DNA of 64,000 bases. It comes from Stegostoma tigrinum (Eukaryota). Both the position numbers and the translations under genes were made by a program. Positions 1-11,806 of the stretch are shown here, piece by piece (the first letter of the stretch is position 1; every line of letters begins with the position of its first letter). The notes beneath the pieces are model-generated. The model had not been told where the DNA came from and did not search any database. It saw nothing but the letters and a program-made list of their open reading frames with translations. The stretch lies in contig NC_081357.1 of NCBI RefSeq assembly GCF_030684315.1, positions 39,189,786 through 39,253,785 of the forward strand. The letters are read 5' to 3'.

Positions 1-335
1 GCACAGACAGCAAAATCAACATTACGTTTAAAATTTGAGAGGTCCATTCAGATGTCTAATAACAGCAGGGGAGAAGCTGTTCTTGAATTTATTTGTACAT
101 GTATACAAATTTTTATATCTACTGCCAAAAAAGAGGGTAGAAGAGAGTATAACCGGAGTGGGGCAGGTGGGGAGGGGGGGGGGGGTTCGGGGTAGTATTG
201 TAGGCAAGGCCAGCATTTACTGACCATCTCTAATTGGCTTTGGGAATGCGGTGGCAGGTCACCTTCTCACAGTACAGCCATTCACGTGGTGCAGATACAC
301 CCTCAGTACTTCAAATGGTTTGATGTAGATGAGTG

Positions 336-557
336 TGGAGCTGGATGAACACAGCAGGCCAAGCAGCATCTCAGGAGCACAAAAGCTGACGTTTCGGCCC
401 TAGACCCTTCATCAGAGAGGTCTCTGCTCTCTGATGAAGGGTCTAGGTCCGAAATGTCAGCTTTTGTGCTCCTGAGATGCTGCTTGGCCTGCTGTGTTCA
501 TCCAGCTCCACACTTTGTTATCTTGGATTCTCCAGCATCTGCAGTTCCCATTATCAC
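336..557 (+). mobile_element. Penelope-like (family A) fold-back mini-insertion with two inverted hammerhead cores
   Basis: Inverted arms at ~334-419 and ~427-512, plus a 3' tail ending gcagttcccattatcac. Flanked by the 15-bp direct repeat tgatgtagatgagtg (321-335, 558-572). Same terminal repeat as the GIY-YIG element at 40423-41496. Confidence 0.85.
431..458 (+). ncRNA. Minimal hammerhead ribozyme motif (a second copy lies on the - strand at 388-415)
   Basis: ctgatga-agggtctaggtcc-gaaa-tgtc matches CUGAUGA / stem II / GAAA / NUH, the arrangement known for Penelope pseudo-LTR hammerheads. Confidence 0.65.
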
Positions 558-727
558 TGATGTAGATGAGTGCCTTGCTAGACAATTTCAGAGAATGGTT
601 AACTCTGTGTCTGGCGCTACAAGTAGTTCAGGCTGACTAAGGATAGCAGGTTTATTCCCATGAAGGACATAGTTGAAATGGATAGATCTTTGTAACAATC
701 TGTTCAATGGTCTTGTTTATTTACCAG

Positions 728-1290
728 AGGAAAATAGAATATAAGCACAGGAGTAGGCCATTCATCCCTGCTCCAGCATCCAATATTATCGTGGATGATC
801 ATCCAGCTCAATGCCCTATTCTCATCCCCCGTTTCATTCAATACCTTTTGAACCCTTTAGCCTTAAGAACTGTATCTACATCTTTCTTGAAAACATGCAA
901 GAATTTTGGCTTCAACCACCTTCTGTGGCAGAGCATTCCACAGTCTCAAAGTTTCTGGGTGGCGAAATTTCTGCTGCTATCAATCTAGCTATTCTCATTT
1001 TTCCCACCTGTACTATGACCAACTGTAAGTAGTAATTTTTTTTGCCTTTCCTTTTCCTTTATTTCTGTATTTTGTACCTGAGATCTGTACAAGGTACTTT
1101 GTACTAAGATAGTACCATTTGGGGTGACATTGTAAACTTTTCACTTTACTCCTGTACTTGAATACATGTAACAATAAAGGATACTCTATTCTATTCATTT
1201 CTAAATAGCCTACCCCATATCATTAAACGGTGACACCTGATTCTGGACTCTTCAGTCAGTGGGATTGCCCTGACGGCATCTGTGAAGAGA
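728..1290 (-). mobile_element. Decayed CR1-type LINE 3' end
   Basis: aggagtaggccatt..., ttctgtggcagagcattcca and ctgattctggactc resemble the CR1 3' region at 3150-3460. Confidence 0.5.
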
Positions 1291-1493
1291 AACCAGAGTT
1301 AACATTTCAGGTCCGGTTACCCTTAATTAATCCCAATTGTTATGACTGAGTGGTGCATCATCAGGGCCCAGTATCAGTTGTTGCTGAGTGCCAGGACACA
1401 GTTATATCTCACTAAAAGACTAGACATCCAGGACTGCTTGAATCATGCATTTGTTAGAAATCACAGAGCTAAACAAAGCTTCATTATAGTATG

Positions 1494-1637
1494 AGACAAC
1501 AAGGTGTAGAGCTGGATGAATACAGCAGGCCAAACAGCATCAGAGGAGCAGATGCTGCTTGGCCTGCTGTGTTCATCCAGCTCTACACCTTGTTGTCTCA
1601 GATTCTCCAGCATCAGCACTTCCTACTCTCTTTACAC
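1494..1637 (+). mobile_element. Penelope-like (family A variant) fold-back mini-insertion
   Basis: Inverted arms gagacaacaaggtgtagagctggatgaa / ttcatccagctctacaccttgttgtctc plus tail. Direct repeat tatagtatg at 1485-1493 and 1638-1646. Confidence 0.75.
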
Positions 1638-1989
1638 TATAGTATGTCCCACAATCGAGCTGAAAAGGACCATATTAAGGGAGAACATCTTCCAGAACAT
1701 GGTCATTGCTACAGGATTATTAGTTTAAATACTGGAAGGCTTGTGTAAAAATGCTTTAGCTCACAATGTTATCATCTAGTATAATTTGAAGGAATACCTG
1801 AGACCTAATGGAATGAGAGTACAAGTAATGAATGTATTAATTAATAAATGGTTAATTGGATCAAAATTGGTTGAATAAATGTAGACAGTTATTAATAGAG
1901 GCAGGTAGGTGTTTTATGGAGTATGGTTAAATGAAAGAAAGGTCTCACAAAATCTACGGATTTGGACTTTGTTCAGATACAGTTATCTT

Positions 1990-4900
1990 CTGGTATAGAG
2001 TAACAGTGGCAGAAAATTGACAAGTCAAAATGTAAAGTTTCGAGGTATGACTATTTATTCCTGTTTACTGAAAATTACCTTATGACAAGTGGGAAGATAA
2101 TGTGGACCTGGGCTAGTTCGTGCCTAAGAGGAAACAAGGTATGGCTAGCGCACTTTGATTACCAAAGAAAAGCAGGATAAGAAGCAAAATCTTTTATTTG
2201 GAATCGGAGCCTGAAGATTTGAACACAGATGAATGTTTGAACACTTAAAATTTATCAAAAAGGTGAATTATCTACTCTTAATGAGGCTGAAGTGTACTTA
2301 ATGGAATTTATTATATTTTATGCAGGATGCAGACATTTAATTGGGAATTTCCCCATAATATTCTAGCATTTAAGTTAATGGGTTGTGCCAGGGTATCAAG
2401 TATGGGCAGTCTTCTAGTTCTGATGGGAGTTAAATACATAGATATACATATATTGCTGGAACAAATAATAGAAGAAAAATAGTATAGAATAAAATAAATA
2501 TTCTTAGGAATGCATTCTTTTCCAACGCTGCACAAAATGGCATTTGGCAATGCACCAGAAAATGTCGGACACAATGGTAACACATCGGTGAGACCATCTA
2601 ATGGAGGTAACAATACAAAAAGAGAACTGTAACTAATGGAGATGAGGACAGAAATGTTACCAATAAGTTTGAAAAGCAAACAGAATTTGGGTTTACAAAG
2701 AGAGAATGAACCCCTGGAACAGCCAGGGTGTAATCAGTTGATTTTTCAACTCCCCAATGAACTGCCCTATACTGTATAATGAAGTATTTAAAACTAACCA
2801 TGAAGTCAAAGGTTCAGAGGAAGAAGATAGAAACATAGCTCAGAGGCATCTTTGTATTGATCACAAGAAGTTTCAGCCCAGTGCTGAATGTGTTGGTGAC
2901 AGAATTTCAAGTGTGCAGTTTTAGAGAGTGAATGCACAACTATAGCCTGTGGAAATTACTGTCTAGTGTAATTGAGAATCAGGACAAAGTTAAGGAATTT
3001 GAAAGTCTTACAGGTTTCAGATTTCGGATGATAATACTCTAAACTTTTTGAAAAAAGTGGTCTTCTTTATAAAATAGTTGGAATCAATCATTTCACCACC
3101 GTTGATATAATGTATAATAAAATGTCATTGTTATTAAATAGACAATAGACAATAGGTGCTGGAGTAGGCCATTTGGCCCTTCGAGCCAGCACCACCATTC
3201 ATTATGATCATGGATGATCATCCACAATCAGTATCCTGTTCCTGCCTTATCCCCATAACCCTTGATTCCACTATCTTGAAGAGCTCTATCTAGCTCTTTC
3301 TTGAAACTATCCAGAGACTTGGCCTCCACTGCCTTCTGGGGCAGAGCATTCCATATATCCACCACTCACTGGGTAAAGAAACTTTTCCTCAACTCTGTTC
3401 TAAATGGCCTACCCCTTATTTTTAAACTGTGTCCTCTGATTCTGGACTCCCCCATCAGCGGAAACATGTTTCCTGCCTCCACAGTGTCCAATCCTTTAAT
3501 TATCTTATACGTCTGAATCAGATCCCCTCTCATCCTCCTAAACTCAAGTGTATACAAGCCCAGTCGCTCCAATCTTTCAACATATGATAGTCCTGCCATT
3601 CCAGGAATTGACCTCGTGAACCTACGCTGCACTCCCTCAATAGCCAGAATGTCCTTCCTCAAATTTGGAGACCAAAACTGCACACAATACTCCAGGTGCG
3701 GTCTCACCAGGGCCCTGTACAGCTGCAGAAGGACCTCTTTGCTCCTATAATCAATTCCTCTTGTTATGAAGGCCAGCATGCTATTAGCTTTCTTCACTGC
3801 CTGTTGTACCTGCATGCTTGCTTTCATTGACTGGTGTACAAGAACACCCAGATCTCGTTGCGCTTCTCCTTTACCTAACTTGACTCCATTTAGATAGTAA
3901 TCTACCTTTCTGTTCTTGCCACCAAAGTGGATAACCACACATTTATCCACATTAAACTGCATCTGCCATGCATCCGTCCACTCACCTAGCCTGTCCAAGT
4001 CACCCTGTATTCTCATAACATCTTCCTCACATTTCACACTGCCACCCAGCTTTGAGTCATAGGCCATCAATGAAGAAAGCACAGATAAAACTGTATACAA
4101 AAAATGACTAAGCTATTGTATTTGGAAAGTATGTACATTTGAAAGCTCCACTATAGAAATTGTAAAAGTATTGTTGACATTAGAGAGTAAAATTTGAGAA
4201 AACAAATGTATTTGTGTTAGAGTTACACAGGCAATTTGCCTGTGTGTACTTCTAAAGGTTAAAAGTTTCAGTAAAAGATGCAGGTATATGGGATGGAGAG
4301 TACAATAAATATATTGAAGAAATACATGAATGATGTGAAATTTGCAAATAAAAGGGACACCATCACAGCCTATACTAAGTCTGCTATTAGCAAGAGATTG
4401 AGATATAGACTAGGGACTTAAATGTACTTGATAATGATAAATAATATAATTTTACATTTTATAGATTTGACGAGATGTCATCAGTCATCAATAATCCATA
4501 GGAAAATAATAAAAGTAAGGAACCGTGCAGTAACAGATATTCTGGTTCATAAATTTTTAGCAGATCAGCCAAACTGTATATTATCATCTGTACTAGCATG
4601 GGCTAAGAGGAGGATATAGTTCATGTTAGTTTTTGGTAGGAATCCTCAAGTTGCATCAATAGTAAGTGATCAATTTCCATCTTCAGAATGGGATGCAATT
4701 AGTACTATTTTTACATAGCATTTGAATGCACTGCAGTATGGCAGAAAGACGTTCAGTGAAGTCAAAGTATCAAAGAGTTAATAGAGCCTTCCAATTTAAA
4801 GTAAGGCCATTAGAAACAATTTTCAATCAGGATATAAAAGAGAGAGGAGCTTAAAAATGTAAGGCCAAGGAAGGGTATTAGAAAAGACAGAAAATAATAC

Positions 4901-5450
4901 TTGTACACCATGTTCGTGTATGCAGTGTTGCTTGTTATCGATTATACATATGCAGATTCTGAAGAAATTATAGGAAGTTACAAGAAGTCAAGTATCTCTC
5001 AAAACAAAATGTTGCACACCCCCATGAGGATTAACCCGCTATAAATCACAGTTTGTCTGATCACGGTCAGATCCCTTGTGGTGGTCAAATGATTGTGTTG
5101 GTTCCAAAGGATAACTGTCAAAACAAAAAGTCTCATATTTACCAGAATGGGCTAGTCAATGGAGAATTGCAACCATTATATCTAGAACAGGAAAGGCCAC
5201 TGGAAATGTTAAAGTTGGTTGAATGAACAGGGTAAAATGCTGAAATTTAGACCCATAACGTAGAAAAGTTTAAGGCAATAAGTTCAATTAGTGGGTTTGG
5301 GAGGGAACATGCTCCTAGAAAGAAATCATAAATCCAGATAGGTTCCAAATAGTCAAAGGAAATAAGAGGGAATCAGCCCTAATAACCCTCCTGCAGGTCA
5401 CTATATCAGAGCCCTCAGAAAGATTTTTTTAAAAAAAGCAAATCAGCCAG
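1990..5450 (+). mobile_element. Degenerate Ty1/Copia-like LTR retrotransposon internal region (gag-protease-integrase), interrupted by a CR1
   Basis: Manual translation with stops and frameshifts: gag-like PKRKQGMA.. and ..SRIRSKI..EDLNTDE (~2120-2235), a protease-like (AVLDSGCT-type) site at ~2915-2950, pre-integrase LELHRQFA..RLKVSVKDAGIWDGEY (~4217-4300), and integrase ILHFIDLTR..KFLAD (4450-4565). No RT lies between protease and integrase. Confidence 0.6.
3138..4060 (-). mobile_element. 5'-truncated CR1/HER1 LINE (RT C-terminus plus 3' UTR)
   Basis: ORF 3366-4100 contains LQLYRALVRPHLEYCVQFWSP and ERLERLGLYTLEFRRMRGDLI. The short-repeat tail tagacaa-tagacaa lies at ~3138-3155. Confidence 0.92.
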
Positions 5451-5479
5451 GGATTATGTGATTCACTGGCTGGGTCAAT

Positions 5480-5923
5480 ATTTGTTCACCAATTGCCCTT
5501 GAGAAGGCAGTGATGATGTCTTCTTGAACCGTTGCAGACCATTTGGTGCAGGTAGGCCCATAATGCTGTTAGGGAGGGAGTCCAAAACCTTAACCTGGCG
5601 AAACTGAAGGAATGGCATTATATTTCCAAGTCAGGATGGTGAATGGCTTGGAGAGGAACTTGCAGGTGGCGGTGTTCCCATGTACCTGCTGCCCTCGTCC
5701 TTCTCAATGAAAGTGGTTGTCTTTTTAAAGGTGTGGTATTAGGAGCCTTGGTGAATTTCAGCAATGCAAAGTACCATCTGCTAGTTGGTACATATTGCTA
5801 ATACTGAGCATCAGTGGTGTTGGGAGTGGACGTTTGTGAATGTGGATCCAATGAAACTTTGTTAGGTATGGTGTTGAACTTCTTGAGTGTTCTGAAATGC
5901 ACTCATTCCAGGCAAGTGAGGAG
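5480..5923 (-). mobile_element. Old L2/CR1-group LINE remnant, split by the solo LTR and resuming at ~7135
   Basis: Reverse-complement similarity to 62740-63310 and 49850-50060. ggcaagtgag(gag) continues as gagagcattccaacacacccctgacttgtg after the insert. Confidence 0.55.
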
Positions 5924-7134
5924 TGTTAGAGAAAGAAGTCAAAGAGCAGCCTCAAGTTCTGTATCAGAAGTACAATCGATCTTTATTCGAGCTTTTTAAC
6001 CACACATGCAAGAGAGGCCAGAGACCACTTAATTCGAGGTCAGATCAGAAGAGACGCCAATGGCGCTCTGATTTCCCCACTGGGATACAGCATTTTTATA
6101 CATTTCATGTTACAATAATTATATGCAGCATTGACATGGCTCATTCCCCCTTAATCTATGCATCCAATCTTGTGAAACACCTAATCAATGATGAACGTCC
6201 CAATCGGCAGCCCCAGGTTCCCCATGGTCTCATGACGTTTACCAGATATTGTACTTGTCACGCCTTGAGATCTTATAATGCGTCCCATTAACTCACATTC
6301 CAAAGTTAAAGGTTATACACTTTTTCAGACATTTCGCAAACCAGTTTATCTCTAAGGGCCGTTCGAATTCTGTTATTCATTTTATTCCCAGCTATCTCTA
6401 TCTTTCTGTTACTCACCTTACATTTCCCACTGTCCTAATCACAGGAGATACGAATAGAAGTTAGTTCTTACTAATTGCTGTAAGATTCATAATATCAGTT
6501 CTGCTATAAAATTAGTTATATGTAAAGTTTTATGTTTACACCTACTGTTAATGTTCTTTAGCTAACTAGTCGTGAGCAGTTTCGGTCCCAATTGACCTTG
6601 GAGGCTCAGATGGACATTGGTCCTGTATCTTGCAGCTGCATTATAACTCAGTCTAGTCCCATACTGTCTTCTGAGATGAAATTTACTGTCCTTACTCTGA
6701 CTAACTCTTTTTACCTAATAAGACAACATCCTTTTCATTGATAAGACTGAAACTCACCAATTTAAGAGCTCAATGAACTTATCTGATCTCTGAGATTTTT
6801 ACAAGCCATAACCCCACCCTTAGCCTCTGTCTCTGTAATTGTGGGATTCTACTTTTCCCTTCAATGCTTGTACAAACTTCAGGCTGTCTGTTCTTAGATA
6901 TTTCTTATCAAACTGTCTCTTACAGTCCTCCACAGCTGCTGATTGTGCACTACTCCCTGTATTTTAATTTGTATGATTCTTTGTTCAAAATAGACCCTGT
7001 TACCTTGGGTTACCCCCTACTCAATGCTATCATCACTCTAACTTATGACCTCACAAAAGTGCTGAAGCAAGCATGCTAATTCTGTTACTGCAGCCATATC
7101 TATACCACACTGATCAAGGGCTACTTCAACAACA
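5924..7134 (-). mobile_element. Probable solo LTR (~1.2 kb, ERV/LTR type)
   Basis: Termini TGTT...AACA, and it interrupts an older LINE. On the - strand a TATAAAA (~6092-6099) precedes AATAAA (5982-5987) near the end, as in U3-R-U5. Confidence 0.6.
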
Positions 7135-10002
7135 GAGAGCATTCCAACACACCCCTGACTTGTGCTTTCGCAGACTGTGGGGAGTCCACTGAGAATTGCT
7201 CATGATTTTAATGGTGCTAACCACACTCACCAGGCATGGAAAAGAGAAATTGGAGACAATGCACAATTTAGGACATTGCATTTCAAAACCTGAGAGGAGA
7301 CCTTTTTTTTAAAATTTTGCTCTTTTCTAAAGTATCCAGCGAGAGATTTAGTTGCTTCAATGTTAGCAGCTTAAACCAAACGTAAATACTGCGCTCTCCT
7401 CTTTCAAAGGAGCAAAAATAAATGTCTAAAAATAAATTGTAATGTTAGTATCTACCATGACGATCCACCATTACATCCATCAATCATGGAAGGTTTATAA
7501 AGTGACACTCGACACAAGCAAGGCTGGACTATAGAGACAGGCAGCAATGGGCTGTGTGAGTCCACAATGAGCTGAGGCCAAGCATTCTCCCACAGATAGA
7601 CACACCCTATATCATAGCAGTTACATTATTGAATGCCTGGTTAGTGTCGTCTGAATCAGCTGTTTGCCTGAACTTGGAGGGTCTGGAATGATAACGAAAC
7701 GAAGGACGTAGCACAGCAACTAAAGGCCATTTCTCACTTCTGGAGATATATGAAATCTTTACCAGGCTCTGTCGAAAGGTTGGATTTTCACTGCCAGACC
7801 AAGTGCACAAAGGCAGAAAGTTCTGTAAGCCTGTGCCCGGAGTCAGACTTTCAATGATGGATGGTTGTGCTCTTTGTGAGGCCGGCTATCTGACCACAAA
7901 ATGACAGTGGAGTTTGTGGGCTGGGCACCAGGCTGAACTCAGTGTGTCACGTCTACACTACAATAAAGAATAAAACCAAGAACAAACCTCTAACTCTCAG
8001 CTCACGCACCTCCTAAACCCAGTCCTTCCAACACATGTCACCTCAGATGTTCCATGCCCAATGCATGCCTGTTCATCCCTTTTGCACCTTATACACTCCT
8101 GCCACCCTGTATCTCTTTATCTATCCAGTTGTCTATATGCCTATCCATATAATCTCTTGTGCCACCCTATACCCTTTTAAACCACTCTCATGTTCCCTCA
8201 TATGTTCTATGTCAACCTGTGCCCCAATCAACCTGTGCTCCTTATAATCCCTGTAATTTCAGCACATGCCTAACCAATTCACACCCTGTCACCTCCCCTG
8301 TCCCGGCCAACTAACCTAACATATGCAATGGGTAAAATTCAGGAAGCATGTTGACTAAAAATAAAGTTATGTGCTTATCAATGATATTGTTCTTATAAAA
8401 AAAAGCAATACATTTAAATTATTCCTCACAAAAACAAATATATCACTTAAATATATCATCTCTTATGTAAGCAAATATTTATATAGCAGTTAGAATTATC
8501 CATCAAGATGTTCACATGACAGCCCCAAATATGAAAATGACAGACTGGGAAAACAGCCATGCAGCCCAATTCCTGTAATGACTTGCACCAAAATGTATAT
8601 TAAAATACCAAGTAGCTTTTTTTTAACTCTACATATTTTGTAATCCTTTGACATGTTTAACAGTTCTTTGGCAGCTGGACAGTTCCAATCACCTAATGCA
8701 CTTCTTTCTCACAAGCATGTGTACTTTTAACAGCTCCAAATGGTTCAGTACCTTTCTGAAACAGTGTCTTACCTTCACCAAAGGTGTCCCAGGACCAGGT
8801 GCAGAGAACTACCTTAGCTCTCCAAGAGGGTATACAGTCAAACCAAGTGAGTCCACAAGGTTCTGCTCCATACGCACCTGGTCTAATCTGTACGCCTTGG
8901 ACGTCAGGAATTTACATCAGCAAACTCATGTAGGAGAGTAGGTAGCTGATAATTCAAATGGCCAGCTGTCTCCACAAACCATGCATTTGAAAATCCTGAG
9001 CAGACTCCATTTGTGCCCTACAAAATGCAAAATGTTTTGTTGAAGGACAGAACTTAAGATTCCTGAGAATTCTGGCTCTCCTGTATGATGAAAACCTGGG
9101 CTCAAGAGTATATTCCAATCCATTAGAACTTGCTATCATCAATGATCTGAGCAATTGACTTCCCACGTACAGTACAAATGGCAAAACATTTTTTTTCCCC
9201 TTTTTCTCATTTCTGTTTGCCTGGGCTGAATTTGACCAGAGCTCCTCTGTGTAAATTTAGGTGAGTTTCATGCAGGATTTCCCTCTGGGAGCCCTAATGT
9301 GTTTTCTAACATAATTCTCCCAAACTCACTTCATTACTTGTGTACCATGTCCCTCTGATGCCCCAATTATTGTGCAACTGGTCAAGTGCTGCCAATCCGC
9401 AGCTGCCCGGCACAGTTCGTGTCAAGTGTCTCAGACATGTCGGACAGAGGGGAATTGGTTCCCCACCTAGCCAACAGGGGCCTGGAGGACCTGATGAACA
9501 GCAGAGTATGCACAATTACTGCCCATGGACCATGCCCTGAGATGGTGGTTCCCGCTGCCCAAGATGGAGGGCCAGGGAAGCAAGCAGAGAGCTGAAGCCA
9601 CCAGGTTATCCCACTCTGACTTTCATTTCAGGAATTGTCGCACTCCAGTTTCTGTCTGACAGTTGGGAGAATGAGAAACTGCCTACCAGTTGGGCAAGTT
9701 TACATAATACTTGCATATATACGTTAGCATGTGCATATATATGCAAATATGCTGCTTATCAGCTAGTAGCAAGAATCTCTGTTTGTTGTTTAACACCTGG
9801 TTGGAAAATAGAATGTTTTACTCTTGACATTGAGAAATTACTCACTGCCAATCTCACACAATTCAGCAACCCTTCTCCCCAGTGTCCAAGTTGTTCAATG
9901 GCTTTAAAAATTCAGACCAATGCCAAATTTTGCTGGGTAAAAGTCCCACAAGATATCTTCAGGCATTTTATTACCTCAAAAGCACTATATAAATACAAGT
10001 GA

Positions 10003-10174
10003 CAAAGGCAAAGTTGCTGGAAAAGCTCAGTAGGTCTGGAAGAACTGAGAAGGGTCACCGGACCCAAAACGTTAACTCGGTTTTCTCCTTCACTGATGCT
10101 GCCAGACCTGCTGAGCTTTTCCAGCAACTTTGTTTTTGTTCCTGATTTACAGCATCTGCAGTTCTTTTAGTTTT
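10003..10174 (+). mobile_element. Penelope-like (family B) fold-back mini-insertion
   Basis: Arms aaagttgctggaaaagctcag / ctgagcttttccagcaacttt. Degenerate core ctgagaagggtcaccggacccaaaacgtt. 15-bp TSD tataaatacaagtga (9988-10002, 10175-10189). Confidence 0.8.
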
Positions 10175-10449
10175 TATAAATACAAGTGATTTTGTTAACT
10201 GTGTTGAAAATCCTGTTAGCATTATAATTTCAGTGTTTGTATTACTTTGTATTTATTTATTTGCATTGCTGTATCTTGTTGGATATCTGTAAAGCAATAT
10301 CTCAGTCTAGAACGATGCACCTCATTTGCAATGCAATAATCAAAGAAATGTTACCTCTCTTGCTTTTTTTTTAAGAGGCTGCATTTGACCTATTTGTGAC
10401 TCTTTTACAACGGGAAACAACATGCAGAGCATGAATCCAACACGTAATA

Positions 10450-11710
10450 TTTAGAAAGGCAAGAATTGATCAGGGATAATCACTGTAGCTTTGTGAGTGG
10501 GAAATTGTGCCTCACTAACTTGGTTGAGTTTTTTGAAGAAGTGACAAAAAAGACTGATGAAGGCAGAGCAGTGGACGTTGTCTGTATGGACTTCAGCAAG
10601 ATGTCAGCAAGGTTCTGCATGGTAAACTGGTCAGCAAGGTTAGATTACATGGAATCCAGGGAGTGCTAGCAAATCGGATACAAAATTAGGTTGAAGGTAG
10701 GAGACAGATGATGTGGTGGAGGGTTGCTTTTTGAATGGCACTGGGCTGCTGCTTTTTGTCATTTTATATAAATGATTTGGATGTGAATATAGGCGGTATG
10801 GTGAGTACTTTTATAGATAACACCAAACTTGGAGGTGTAGTGGACAACAAAGAAAGTTACCTCACAGTACAACAGAACTTGATCAGATGGGCCAATGGGC
10901 TAAAGATTGGCAAGTGGAGTTAAATTTAGATACATGTGAGGTGCTGCATTTTGGAAAGGCAAATCGGGTTGGGACTAATACACTTAATGTTAAGGTTCTG
11001 GGGAATATTGCAGAACAAAAAGATCTTGGAAGTGCAGGTTCACAGTTCTTTGAAAGTTGAGTCGCAGGTCAATAGGACAGTGAAGAAGGTGTTTGGTATG
11101 CTTGCCTTTATTGGTCAGTACATTGAGGATAGTAGTTGGGAGATCATGTTACAGCTGTACAGGACACTGGTTAGGCCGCTTTTGGAATACTGTGTTCAAT
11201 TTTGTCGCACTGTTATAGGAAACAATATGAAATTTAAAAGAATTCAGAAAAGATTTACAAGGATGTTGCTGGGATTCGAGGGTTTGAACTACAGGGAGAG
11301 GCAAAATAGGCAGTGGGGCTGTTTTCCCTGACCGTCAGAGGCTGAGGGGTCACGTCATAGAGGTTTATAATATCATGAGGGACATGGATAGGGTAAATAG
11401 CCAAGGTCTTTTCCCCGGGGTGGGGGAGTCCAAAACTAGAGGGCATGGGTTTAAGGTGAAAGATTTAAGAGGGACCCAATGGGCAACTTTTTCACACAGA
11501 GGGTGGCATGTGTATGGAATGAGCTGCCTGAGGAAATTTTGGAGCCTGGTAAAATTAAAACATTTAAACATTTATAAGGCATCTGGATGGGTGTACGAAT
11601 AGGAAGGGTTTAGGATCAAATGCTGGTAAATGGGACGAGATTAATTTAGGGTATCTGGTCAGCATGGATGAGTTGGACCAAGGAGCCTGTTTCCGTGCTG
11701 TATATCGCTA
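10450..11710 (+). mobile_element. Decayed CR1 LINE (RT to 3' end)
   Basis: ORF fragments CLTNLVEFFEEVT..VDVVCMDFSK, YINDLD..FIDNTKLGG and LQLYRTLVRPLLEYCVQF. Confidence 0.9.
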
Positions 11711-11806
11711 TAGAACATGGAGAACATAGAACATTACAGCACAGTACAGGCCCTTCGGCCCTCGATGTTGTGCCGACCTGTCATACCAATCTCAAGCCCA
11801 TCTAAC

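Noticed and set aside
336-557. Hairpins as DNA-transposon MITEs or miRNA precursors
   Set aside because: TSDs are long and variable (9-17 bp), the tail is one-sided, and the sequence matches the pseudo-LTR of a GIY-YIG retroelement. There is no evidence for miRNA processing.
454-636. Recurrent short ORFs such as LLRCCLACCVHPA and MLLGLLCSSS (also 1491, 35794, 40397, 54906, 60496) as a small peptide gene family
   Set aside because: They are chance translations of the Penelope terminal repeat, with inconsistent starts, stops and frames.
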